Source of the DNA: Oikopleura dioica
Lineage: Eukaryota > Animalia > Chordata
NCBI GenBank assembly: GCA_907165135.1
Contig: OU015568.1
Location: forward strand, 2,356,001-2,420,000
DNA length: 64,000 bases
Direction: 5' to 3'
Part shown: positions 37,201 through 49,281 of the stretch, one piece after another
Layout: each line of letters opens with the position of its first letter
Position numbering within the stretch: the first letter of the stretch is position 1
Notes under the pieces: generated by a model
Seen by the model: only the letters and a program-made list of their open reading frames with translations
Databases searched by the model: none
Told to the model about the DNA's origin: nothing
Made by a program: the position numbers and the translations under genes

Positions 37201-39071
37201 GGTCAAATTTGGGAGCGATGATTCCTTGCGCATAGCAGATGATCGTTTTCTTTTGATTATTGCATCTGCAGTAGCTGTGGCAAGATTCGTCTTCATCTCT
37301 GTTTTTCGACTTTTTCTTCTTTGAAAAAGCAAGGGTGAAGAAAAAGAGAAATAAAAAGCCTTTCATTTCGAAATATTTTGTAAGAATGAAAATTTTTCTC
37401 AAAAGAAAGCCCAGCCACAGCGGGAGGACAACTTGTTGACCAAGTTTTTGAGGTCTTTTGAGGTCGAGGAGTCGAGGATCGAACTTCATCTTTACGCTGA
37501 AAAGTGGGCCGAGCAAATATGCTTTTTGGCCTGACGAAAAAATGCTCAAAAAAATCATTTGAGAAAAGTTTAGAATCTTTAGAACTTTAGATCTCAATCA
37601 AATTCCTGCTCTCATAATCCCTTTTTCTCCCCGCGTTCTTGGTCCCATTCCATAATTCATTAGACCCTCGCTTGAACAGAAGAAAATTGTCGATAAGTGC
37701 TTATCTCCATAATTTGCGTCGCTCGAAATAGTCCTTTTTTGCTCCGTGAACAAATTCAAATTGAATAATAATGCGTGCGACTACTGAGTGCCACTTGCAT
37801 AAAAATCGAAAAGTGAAATAAAGAATTATTTCAGCTTTCCCGCGCAGATCAAGAACAATTCTTGAGCCTCTCGAAGACAGCTGAAAATTTAAAGTACAAG
37901 ATCGACAATGTTCAACGACAGTTTGGATCGGAAGTCGAAAAGACGAAGGAAAAAGTGGAGTGGGTGGAGACCCAAGTTGTTGATACTCAGATCGAACTGA
38001 ATGAGGCGAAGTATCAATTCAGCGAACAGAGGGAACGATTGGATGATGCGGAAAAAAAGATGAAGGTAGGCTTAGAACATTTCTTTTTAACGAATGTGTA
38101 TCATTAATGAGATATATAATGAAAGAGTCTCAAATTTTAAATTTCAACATTTATCGCTTTTAATTTTGGAAGTTTTGATTTCGGTTTAACCAAAGATCAT
38201 TGCTTAAGAAACTCAAATTTTTCAAAAAATTTAATTACGTATAACCATTATTGTTTTTTCTATTTATGACGTCTAAAATAGCATATCTAGAAGCTTGAAA
38301 ATTGAAGATTATACATCTCTCTTGACTTCAATTTCTAGAGCGTTGATGTCATCGGCCTGCGCGCCCTCTCCAACGAGCAAAAAGTCGCCAATGCCCAGGG
38401 TCAAATCCGCAAAATGGACGATCTTCTCGCCTCCGTCGAGAGCGACGTATCTTCTCAAGCTCGAGAAATCGAATCAATCCACATGGAAACAAATCACGTG
38501 GACCGTCAGATGAAGCATTTGACCCACAACATGACCGTAGTCAGTCGAGAGATGAAAAACACGGAGTCCGAGCTTGGTCATTTGGCGACGGATCTTCATC
38601 AGGACACTGCAGAGCTTCATAATAAGGATATGCTCTTAGATATGAAGCTGACAAATCTCGAACAGGTAAGCGACCATTTTTCAGAAAATTTAGAGGCGGT
38701 GGAAGACGAAGTCGTTCAAAATCGAGCAGCGCTAGAAGTTGAGCTCTCCCACGCAGCTGAGGCGGCTCAGGAGGCAAAATCAAAAGGTAGAGGGTTTTCT
38801 TTAATTATCGTATTAGTAATTCTTATTCAGCGACAAAATCATCGACTGAGCTGCACCACTTTATGAATGTCCAAACACGAACTGGAAAAGGCATGCAGGT
38901 TTGTTTGCTCTTTGTCTCATCGTTTTCCTAAGCCATAATTCCTAGGGTCGCATTAATCGGCAAAATGATCTTCTCGGATTTTTGATGAATCAAGTGAAGA
39001 AACTGCAAAACAAGGTCAACTCGCAAGAGCGCAAAATCAAACTTCTTGAGGGGAAGAAAAAGAAGCACTAA
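25285..39071 (+). CDS. Large secreted mosaic protein: degenerate astacin-like domain, C-type lectin, EGF-like repeats, long C-terminal coiled coil
   Basis: Phase-compatible exons: MRLFWLLNIASG; NLWPRSP...VVPV; DCVEFR...DCRTTVG...LGPDC...TMMLHAVG; QLATIQSPEEQ...NWASGFP...ICEA (CTLD); CRCLDGYFGNG and CACKPGWTGNG (EGF); heptad-rich exons to KKKKH*. Confidence 0.7.
32692..33298. mobile_element. MITE with long (about 150-190 bp) imperfect TIRs and TA flanks, nested in the hAT element
   Basis: ACATGGGCGACCCTTTGTTACTCGATAAAACGCTGGC at the left and its exact reverse complement at the right, with TA on both sides (Tc1/mariner-type TSD). Confidence 0.85.
32892..32969 (+). ncRNA. Degenerate tRNA-like / SINE-head RNA polymerase III cassette (A box, B box, oligo-T)
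   Basis: A box TGGCTTAGTGG at 32899 and B box GAGTTCGATCCC at 32941 have tRNA-like spacing. A T8 run lies at 32962-32969. The stems do not fold into a proper cloverleaf. Confidence 0.5.
34349..37366 (-). CDS. Secreted leucine-rich-repeat protein (Slit/chondroadherin-like) with two LRRNT-LRR-LRRCT arrays joined by a Thr-rich linker, nested in a host intron
   Basis: Signal MKGFLFLFFFTLAFS, LRRNT CHSYCRC, repeated LxxLxLxxNxL, LRRCT LVCDCGL...C...C, poly-Thr linker, second LRRNT TCPEGCSC, and final ...NTCSGP...DICPE*. Confidence 0.85.
36328..36362. repeat. Intronic (TATACTG)n heptamer microsatellite
   Basis: Four exact units plus TATACAG. Confidence 0.85.
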
Positions 39072-40599
39072 ATATTTCCCTCTACACTGTAGAGTCTACA
39101 GCGCTCTACTGTAAAATTCAAAATTGACAACTGTACATATTGGTAAAAGAAACACTCTTTCCTCAGCTCGAAACAAGCTTTGCACTTGATAAACTTTCCG
39201 AAGAATTACTAACTGTACATAAAATAAACCTTCATTCCAGAGTTTATAAATTTGTTCTTTCCCTTTTCGTTTACTATCCTCATGTATTGGTTGAATTTTG
39301 CTATAAAAATCAAAATTAAGGAGCATCAGTAGTTTCAATTTAAAAAATAAGGGTGTCATAATGTTAAACAGTCGAAAAAACGGTCAAAAATGAACGTAAA
39401 TAGAATGTTTGCCACCTTATTGTTTGCCTTAATGCGTAAATCTGCATTGGTACTAATCACCAACGCAGTAAAATACGTCAAAGTCAATCTGTTTCCGGAT
39501 TCTGACCCACCCTTCATTGTTTGCCCCCACCTTTCTACAACACTAGAAGATTCAGATGCCGTCAATTTTCCAACAGGTCATTCTGGCTGATCTTTCCGGT
39601 GCATCTTTTTTCAGAAAGTTCAAGTCTAAAAATGGCTTCTGGAATTAAGGGTGGGTCTCCTCGGGCGATCATCTGTCACAAGAAAGCTCAAAATAGAACT
39701 GACCTCAAGCAAGGTTGTTTGCAAAACTTTTTCAGAAGAAAATTTTCTGAAATACAAATTTTCGTTGAAGTCAAGTTTTAATTTTTGATTCTGAAAGTCA
39801 AGAAGTGCAAAGAATAACAGAGTAGAGCTTTTGTGTGAATGAGGAAGAATGGGGACGAGCTTGGGGCAATTGACTTTTAGTTCAATTACGCTCTCATCGT
39901 AAAGCTCAATTGAGATTTCTAAGATGACAGAAAAGAAAGGAAAATTTTGAACGCTGAGAAGTAGGACACAATCAATCATAATGGCTAGGCAGAAGGTAAG
40001 ATTAACGATAGCCTATCCTGGATATCCCCATATTAAAACCTAGTTTTAGTCAGATTTTCTTCGTTATTAATCATGGCTTGACCCTTATTATTAAAGAAAA
40101 ATAAACTCAAAATAATTTAAATTGGCTAAAATGTAATGCTTTTATTAACTTATTTCGAAGCGGTTGTTAGTCGGAAAAATTCTTGCCTCAAACGGAAGTT
40201 ATCTCATAGACTCGCCTTTGTGATCGGCAAAGCATAACATATTCTTCAAATAGCAAACCAACCGCAAAAAGCTTTATGAGTCTAAACACGACCCAAACTC
40301 ACATTTGTATTCTCAACTCTGACCATTCAGACAATCAGACTAACTAAATCCAAACACTCGAGACAAATAATCATAAATTACAAATCTTCAATTCGTCATT
40401 CCTATTCCAGTGATGATGAGTTCTCGTGTTAATGAACCATCAAGCACGCTGTGTTTGCCCTGTGAATGATACAATATTTACATTTTCTTCCGTTGACGAG
40501 TATTTAGCGGCTGCCGTAAGAGAGGCTCTCCAAAAAAAACGGAACAACGAAGAATACGATTAAAATAAATCCTTTTGAATTTTAAAGAAAAAAAAGAAC

Positions 40600-41840
40600 A
40601 TGGTGAAGATAATTTGCGCTGGGTTTCAAAAGACCGGAACAAAGTCGCTGAGCAGAGCGCTAGAAATTCTTGGATATAAAGGTAACGATTGATATATAAC
40701 TATGCTTTTATGATAATTGGTTTCTTCAGCATATTTTCAATACAAAAAGATAATAACTTTTTAGCAATATAAAACAATATGGTTTTTCAAATATTCATTT
40801 CGTGAATATTTTTTCTAGAGCCCAAAAATCAAGTTGATATAGTAATTTTTAGTTTACGATGCTGGAGAAGTTTACATGTACATGAGAAACACTTGGATGG
40901 ACTTTTTCAAGGGCAAAATAACTATCGAAGATGTCTGCAGAGAATATGATCGACAAAAAGTCGATGTCGTTGTTGATGGCCCTGCAAACTACTTTTGGGA
41001 AGAAATGAGCAAGTATTGGCCGGACGCGAAAGTCATTTTGACGATGAGAGACAATGAGGATAAGGTAGGAAAAGAGCTCTTTTGCTGTTTTTAAACAGAT
41101 TCTAGTGGTACGAAAGCATCGTCAAGTTCTACAAAGGCATCGTTCGGTGGGTTGGCAAACTCGCTTACCTGGGTTATTTAACACCTTATGGCTATCTTAC
41201 CGAAAAACACCTCACACTTCCATACCACATGCTCGTATTTGGCAACTGCAACTTCCACCCGCTCGTGCAAGACTTCGACAATGTCAACAACGAAAGCATT
41301 TACAAGTTAGTGATCAACAGCGAAAATCAACGATGACTAAAAAATCATGTTTTCAGGCGCAAATATCGAGAACATAATGCGTACGTCAATCGATACTGCC
41401 CGAAAGAGAGGCTGCTCGTTATGAATGTCAAGGATGGATGGGCGCCTCTCATCAAATTTTTGGAATTGAAACAGCCGGATGCGGAATTTCCGTTCAGAAA
41501 TAAGGTGAGAGCGTGATCAAATATTATGAATATTTTTTGTGAAAAAATGACCGATTTTTAAAAGGGTCAAAATTTCAGCTCCTGACATTTATTTTCAGGG
41601 TGGCCAGGTCAACGAACTCATGGAAGACATGATGCCTGCCCACACAAATCGTTGCAAACTTGAGGTAATTCGATTTTGTGCAACTTTCATTGCGGTCTCA
41701 AACTTTGCATAAACATTTTACTGACGTCAAATATTTACCCTTTTTTTCAGGTCGGCCTAGTCCTCGTCTTGATCTTTCTTTTGCCATTTGCAGTGTCGTA
41801 CTACCTCAACTTCATTGTGCAATCCTACAAACTTCAATGA
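40600..41840 (+). CDS. Sulfotransferase-like P-loop protein (Sulfotransfer_4-type) with C-terminal hydrophobic anchor
   Basis: KIICAGFQKTGTKSL (PAPS-binding loop), DGPANYFWEE...PDAKVILTMRD and RLLVMNVKDGWAPLIKFL...FPFRN motifs. GT-AG introns. Confidence 0.85.
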
Positions 41841-42080
41841 CCATTACGATTAATTCTCAAAACACCTCAAAACTGTATCTGCCGCTGTATTATTTCATAT
41901 TTAAGTTTCGCTGCATGGACCGAATAAAACTAAAACATAATAAGTTTGACCTTGTTTCTATCTTTTGAGAAATAAAAATAAGCAGATGCTATTATTCTCA
42001 TAAAGAATTTTTATTCATGGGAATCAAAGATCTGTTGCAAAACGATCTTCAAAAACAAAAAAAAAATTCTCAGATTCAAA

Positions 42081-44287
42081 ATGAAGATCTTTCCCTCAGC
42101 TTTTTGGTCAGTCGAATTTGCGAGTTCAAAAGTGCTCCACAATGAAGCATCTTTTCCAGAAATTGTACCAGAGTCTATTTCGGAAATAAATGCACGGGCT
42201 GGTGTCACGGAAGACTCCGTCAGAAAATCGAGTCGTCATGGACAAATTGATCCGGTTTTCAGATGGGAAAATAGAACGATTCCGATTGAGATTAACCCGA
42301 TTCTTTCTCAAGAAGCAAGGTTTGTATAAAATTGTAAAATTTTGTGAGTTAGTTACTTTAGTGCTTCAATTTTCCAAGCGATGCGAGAACTTGAAGAGAA
42401 AGGACTTGCATGGCTGCGGCCAAAAAAAGCTGAAGACCAAGATTACGTCACAACCAAAACAGACGCTGGCTGCTCAGCTTGGCTAGGAAGGGTCGGCGGA
42501 GAACAGCCTTTATCGTTGGCAAGAGGCTGTGGATGGATGTCGTATGTCGAGCTTATCATTATATTTCTTTTTTAATTCAACTATAGAGTCGCGATTCATG
42601 AGCTGTTTCATACTCTGGGAGTCGCTCACACGCACCAAAGACACGATAGAGACAATTATATCACTGTTTTTGAGAATAATATCCAAGAAAATTTCAAATA
42701 CGCCCTTGCCGCTGATGACGACATCTCTCAGAGTACATTTGACTTTCCCTACGATTACTTGTCCATCATGCATTACGATAAGGTTTCGTACTCAAATGGA
42801 AACGGCGATACGATTGTTCCGAAGGATCCGAAATATCTCGACTTGATCGGACAGCGATTGACAGCGAATTCGCAGGACATGGCCATTCTGGACAAGATGT
42901 ATGAAGATTTAGAAGGTCAAACAGACATCTCTCAGTGCAAGTGTCAAGAATTCTCTGTCTCCGGCTTCAGTGTTCAGTGGTCGTGTAATGGCAGCTACAA
43001 ATTCGACTCGATTTCAAATGGAAAAAATTCATTCGTTACCGATTCATATTACGGTCCTCGCTACATCAATTTTAAAAAATATGGCTCAAAACCAAAATGG
43101 ACTTGTCGAGATGACAATGAAATTACGACCGGTGAAAGAGGAGGAGCGTACGATGCTGCATTTTGCGTCGAGGACATCAGCAGTTCTTGGGAAGAGTGGA
43201 CGGGAACCGAAATGAAAGAAGTTCCGGTCAAGATCGAGTGCACAAAATGGGCGAAGGACTCGCAAGGACGCAAAGAAAAAAGAACAGGTCTTTGCCCAAC
43301 TGACGAGGACAAGTTCATCTGGGAAATCAACAATTGGAATCACATGTTTGAGAAAATCTATTTTCAGTTTTTAGTTCAACATTTTTCAGAAAATCAACAT
43401 ATACGAATGGTCGATCACTTGAAAAGGCTTTTATAGATGAAGCTGGATATAAATGGAGCCTCAAGCTCTTTCCGAACGGGACATCGGGAACACACGGGTA
43501 CTATTCGTTGTTCATGTCGCTTGTGAGCGGCCCAAATGATTCAAAACTACAATGGCCTATTTGGGGCAGAGTAAGAGATTGATATTATTTTCTAGCCCAT
43601 TTCAAATGGGCCATTTTTTTAGTACCTTTCTGCTGGTTTCGTGGAGCCAGGAAAGACATGCCGAGATCGAATAGCCGACCGATATCAGTACGTGACTAGC
43701 GATCAATGGGGCGCTTCCGACTGGGAAAATCCATCCACTGGTAGAGCCTCTACCGTAGAGGAACTGGCTATGGTTACAACACCTACATGAGCTTCGAACA
43801 ATTCGATAGCTATGACTTTGTCCATGAGGACAGTGTCAAGCTTGTCTTTTCTGCTGAAGACGCTACTGGACAATGGTTGAATTGCGACATGGAGAAGTTG
43901 AGAAGCTTTGAGCGATGTTTCTATTCTCCTGTTGTAAATGACTTGACTTTCGACGAAAATGGAAAGATTCACTCAAGAGGAGTTGTAACAACGAAATCTC
44001 CACCAATTACGATTTATGGAAAGCGCTGTTTGGCGCTCACCATTGAAACAGGTGGCTCGATCACGGTCAGTGTCCAAGGAGAAATGACCAGCTCCGGAGA
44101 AAAGTTCCAATACCTTCTTGAGCGAAGAGATTACGACGGAAACGACATTCAAGAATTCTCAATCGAGCTCGGAACATCGGACAACGCGAAGGTTCTCTAT
44201 CAACAGTTCATCAACCTGGAGATAATCAATCACGACAATGCAACAACAAGATTTGTGAAATCAAAACTTCATCATGGAAAATGCTAA
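42081..44287 (+). CDS. Astacin-family zinc metalloprotease with C-terminal extension ending in a MAM-like domain
   Basis: GCSAWLGRVGGEQPLSLARGC, zinc motif HELFHTLGVAH (from 42597), SIMHY Met-turn and IGQR. The C-terminal region SPPITIYGKRCL is MAM-like. Confidence 0.88.
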
Positions 44288-45087
44288 GAACTGACACTTT
44301 AATAAAATATGGGCTTTTTATTAGAATGAATGCATGTCGTTGACGGGATTTTCTAATTTTCAGCGTTTTACATTTTCTATTCTAATTTTTTGTTTGAAAG
44401 ACTTGAAACGCTTTTCAAAGTCAAATTCTCGAAATAACTTTCCGAGCTGGACGGCAAAAAATATCGCCACAGCAGAGTAGAATGCCAGGAGTACTGAAAG
44501 GACTTTTCTTGGCTTTATTAATTGAAGTGAATTTTGTTTGTATGAGCAAGAAAACCAGCTCTAGAAGGAAAACCATCACGCCAGACGGATCGTTCTGCTT
44601 GTACCTCACTTGTTTTCCATTGCAGCTAAGCTCAGTCATTGAAGGACTCAATTTGACGATTTCTTCAGATTCCCACCGCGGTAAAGTCTTTTCTGGGGCT
44701 TATCTTTGGTATTAATCGTTGCAAATTTTTTTTCGATAAGACCATTTTCGAATAACCGTGCAGATAAGTCCTCATTTCTGTCATATTTTTTCTCTTTTAC
44801 TGATTTGTTGCATACAGACTGTATCACTATGATAATGCTCACGGGAACGAGTCAAATCCACGATTTATGAATAAAAAATGTATGCTAATACGTTCCAAAA
44901 TCCAAGATTACACATAGTCTTTTCAACTTATCCTTCATTAATTATTACAATCGTCGTATCTCCGTTTCTCTAGAATGCCACTCTCCTCGAAAATAAAAAC
45001 ATTCAAAAATTTCAGTGCATCAAAAAGCTCGAAAGGTAAGGACGACGACTTTTTTATTTGAAAAGCATTTTAAAGGCGCGAGTAAAG

Positions 45088-45679
45088 ATGGGCAAGGAAA
45101 AAGAGTCGAAAAAGATCTCCAAGCAGTTCACCAGCAGCTCCGAAACTTCCCCTCGTGAAAATCAACCGATAAATTTGCCGAACGAGCGTGGCGAAGAACC
45201 AGATAAACGCCGCGCTAGAAGAAGAAAGGGGAAGCCAAGGGCGATGAAGAAAAATGACTGCTGCTCGAGCATCATCAAGGCTAGTTTTCAAAAAACAAAA
45301 TAGTTCTTTTACTAAGGAAATATTTTTTTTAAACTTCAAAAAGTACGATGCTGACGAACTTATCGCCCTCTGGCGCCAAAAAGACTCTCAGAAAATTCCC
45401 GATCACGTGGAGCCCTTTTGCATCGAGCATCAAGCCGCAAAAGAAGACAATGGTTTCATCGTCGTCTTCCCGCTCATCAAAAAGCCGCAGAAAAAAGGGC
45501 TGAAATTTCCGGCCGAAATCGAAAGCATCCGAAGTGGAATGAAAGAAACCGTCGTTGGACGTGCGAAAAACGCGTACATGCGTCGACGACGAGCGAAATT
45601 AGCGAAACAAGAGGCTGAAAAGACAGAGGCTGAAAGAATGCTTCAAGAAATCGGCAATAGTGTGGCGGCTCATCTTTGA
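45088..45679 (+). CDS. Hypothetical basic protein (two exons)
   Basis: Two K/R/E-rich ORFs can be joined by a short intron. No recognised domain. Confidence 0.4.
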
Positions 45680-46255
45680 CTTTTAATATTCGACTGTCTG
45701 CATGCATTTTTATTTTTTTAATTTTGACTGTAACATGAAGATTTTTTGTTATCGTTCTCTTTTTTTTTGAAGGGATTTGGAGGGTTGATTTGTTGGGTCA
45801 AAGTGCTCAGATGTAGTCAAGTGCGTAAAAAAGTTGAGTCGTGTCAAAAATGTCTCGGAGCTTATCTCGAAGGGCATTGAGATCTTCCTGATCTTCGATT
45901 TTGTCACTGTGTCTCTTGACATATATGTGCATGAATGATGCAAACATTGGAGCAAAAAGAAAAATCATCAGATTCATTTTCGGAGAAAATTTGTCAGTTC
46001 GCCTCAGACTTGAATTTTTATATTCTCATCTTAACAATTATTAAAGCAACTCATACATGCGGAAGTGTTTGTTGTTATACACTTCATTTAAAAATATAAT
46101 TGAGACAAATTCTTTAATTATTAAATGTTTGGTCTTGTCAAAGGTCAAGAAGTGTCGGTCAAAGGCGCAGTTTTCTCAATATTTTTTCGACGTAAATTTA
46201 TCTTTATTAGTTTCGATATTTACACAAAGAAGGATGAAGAAAAGAAGCATTATTT

Positions 46256-49200
46256 TCAATGATAATAGCTTGGAACATAGTTGTCTTCGTCAAAAAGCTC
46301 GATGCTTTTTCGATCAGATTCAACTTCGTCGACGAATGTTTTGAAGCTCGGCTTTTTCATCAACGGAGCTTTGTACAATCCGTTTGAATCCACCATCTGT
46401 CCTTCTTCGAGCAGTTGGGCAGCGTTGGAGCTTACATGATCGGATAAGGACTCGCCAGCGCCGGAGTCGACGTAACTGAGGCTGTCAGTCGCGTTGTTTG
46501 GCTCGCAAAGGCTTCGAGGAATTCCAGCGCTGCGGGAAGGAGATTCCCACATGACGTCCATGCGCCATTCTCGAGCGGGAGAGTGCTGGGGAGGAGTTCT
46601 TGGAGATTTCTTCGGAGTTGAGGAGAGTTGAAGCTGTTTTTCGCGTTGTTGTCTGAACAAAAAATGGAATTATGAAATGAATGAAAAGCTTACCTAGCGC
46701 AAACAATCGAAGCAACAATAATCATCAACAGCACGAAAGTGACTGCTCCACCAAACGCCAACAGTAAGATGCTTCCTCCATTGAAACTGATCAGCTTTTC
46801 CGGCACAATTCGGATCTCGCCCATAATTTCTTCTAGTGCAGTGTCGTTGAGAAGCTCATTGGTGACGAAAATATTCATTTGCTTTGAGGTAGAAAGCTGT
46901 GGAACACCATTATCTTTGGCAATTATTCTCAGGCTGTGGAGCCCATCGTCGTTTCGGGTCAAATCGCGGGTGAGGATAACTCGGCAATCAGAGATGGAGA
47001 GAAATTTATGATTCTTTTCAAGCGCACAATTGACTTTTCCAGCATTTCCAGAGTCGTAGTCCTTGACATCGATAGTTCCAATAATCACATCTTTTGCGCT
47101 CTCATTTCTCATTATTTGAACGACGTCTGTTTCTGACATTGGCCAGATGATCCTTGGAGCATTATCGTTTATGTCTTCAACAAGAACTGTCACTGAGGAA
47201 AACGCAAATAGATTGTTCGAATCACATGCGGAAACTTCCAGGTCAAAACGAGCTTGGTCGTGTTCTCTGTCGATGGATTTGAGCGTCTTTATGGTGCCAG
47301 TTTTGGAATTGATAGAGAAAAAGGAGGTCTGGGTTTTGAAGGAATAGACGATTGTGTCGTCAAGATCTGCATCAGTTGCTTCGAGTTGGGTAATAAAAGT
47401 GCCGATTGGCTCATTTTCCTTGATCGTGACTGTTGTCGAGGGATATTTGAATACGGGTGAGTTGTCGTTGATATTTTTGATCTGCAAAATGAAGGTGGTT
47501 GTTGCTGATTGTCGGGGTAGCCCATTGTCGGTTGCAATGATGGTGATGGAAATAGGGTCGGGGTAGGCTTCCGCGTCGAATGAAATGAGAGCTTTGAGAT
47601 CGGCAGTTTCCGGGTCGATGAAAAAAAGATCTTCGTGGTCTTCAATTGTGTAGGTGATTTCAGCATTCTCGCCAAGATCTGGGTCAAAAGCGGTGATTTG
47701 AACGATTGTGTCTCCGATCTCGTTGTTTTCCAAGACTTCGCCATTGTAGATTTTATGTTTGAAAGAAGGAGCATTATCATTTACGTCTTCGATTCGGATT
47801 TTGACGGCTTTGAGGGTTTCTTGGGGAGTTGTTCCGTTGTCGCGGGCAATGAGGGTAAGGATGGACTCTTCCTTGATTTCACGGTCGAGAGGCTTGGCGA
47901 TTGTGAGCATGAATCGATCGACTGTGCCTTGAACAGGAACGAGTTTGAAGTCTTGATCCTCCTCGTTTTCAAGTGTAAGGTTGACCTCTCCAGCCGGTCC
48001 AAGATCATCATCAGTAACAGAGACGAAAGCAATAAAGCTGCCCACAGCCAAATCCTCTCTGACGGTCGATCTGCCGCCGTCGACAAATTTGACATCAATC
48101 CGTGGCGCGTTGTCGTTCGCATCGAGCACGTTTACTTCGATCGTGGCGTAATCCTCTTTATCGCCATCTGTGGCCTTGACATGCAGCAAAACTTTGTCGA
48201 AAATTTCGTAGTCGACTAATTGCTCAGCACCGATTGTTACGTAGCCAGTAGATTTGTCCAACAAGAAAATGTCTCTGAGATAATCGGGCACCTGATTCGT
48301 GTACTCGTACTGTATCTTGCCGTTTTCTACTGATCGATCTCCATCAGTTGCTTTGAGGCGGAGGATCAAGTCGCCTTTGTGACTCATTTCGGAAATGTTC
48401 AAAATGTAGCGCGGCTGAGAAAATTTTGGAGAATGATCGTTGATGTCTTCGATTTCGATAAAGACTTCCATAGATCCAGAAAGCGGGGTAAGGCCCTTGT
48501 CCGTAGCGACGAGGGAAAATTCTAGTTTTTGGAGCTTTTCATAGTCAAGAGGATTGATGAGCTTGAGTTTCGGGACGAGAATCTAAAAGACGAATATGAA
48601 AAAATGACTTTTAGGCGCAAAAAAGCGAGAAAGGACTTACCCCTCCGTAGTCGTCAACAAACAGCTCAAAGAAATTCGCCCACTGTCCATTCTTCGGCTC
48701 AATCGAATACGCCTCAATGCCGAATTCGTCCGAATCCTCATCAGCTGCACTATCAAGTCGGAAAACAGCGCCAGGTGCTTCGTCTTCCGCGATTTTGAGG
48801 GTTAATGAGGGCGACGGAAATCGAGGTGCGTGATCGTTCAGGTCCAGGATGGTAAGCTCAAGGGTGATCAATTGGAAAATTTCTTGAGGCGTGACGATTA
48901 CTTCCGCTTTTAGCAAGGATGAGGATTTATTCGACGATCATTTTCACGGAAAATTTAGTGATTTCCCGTGACTCTCGCAAATTTTTTCGTCAAAAAATGT
49001 CATCCCTTTCCTGTAATTATACAGACATTATTCTTCTTTTTGCACAATTTTTCCCTATCCACATCGGAACTGGTTCTTATATCTCCAGTCTTCGTCTCCA
49101 CAAAAATTAACTCCTCGCCGCGCACAGTCGAAAATGTAGCATCCGACGAAGCTTCAAGAATTTGACCATCTTGGACGATATTTCCTAGGTAGGAATTTCT

Positions 49201-49281
49201 TTTAGCACCGTCGGATATGTCGTAGGACAGCTTTAGCGCAAAGTTTTGGTAGAGAAGAAGGGAGAATATCAGCATCTTCAT
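46256..49281 (-). CDS. Protocadherin with seven cadherin repeats (delta-1-like)
   Basis: Signal peptide, EC1 with DREKLC...C, repeated DxNDNxP, DxD and LDRE motifs giving seven repeats, TM ILLLAFGGAVTFVLLMIIVASIVC, and cytoplasmic DSGAGES motif. Confidence 0.92.

Noticed and set aside
39356-40550. Exon-like fragments on the minus strand, divergent from the sulfotransferase
   Set aside because: I could not build a consistent frame or recognise a domain; a gene may be present.
46739-48798. Several long + strand ORFs opposite the protocadherin
   Set aside because: Antisense shadows of a long coding exon with no recognisable domains.
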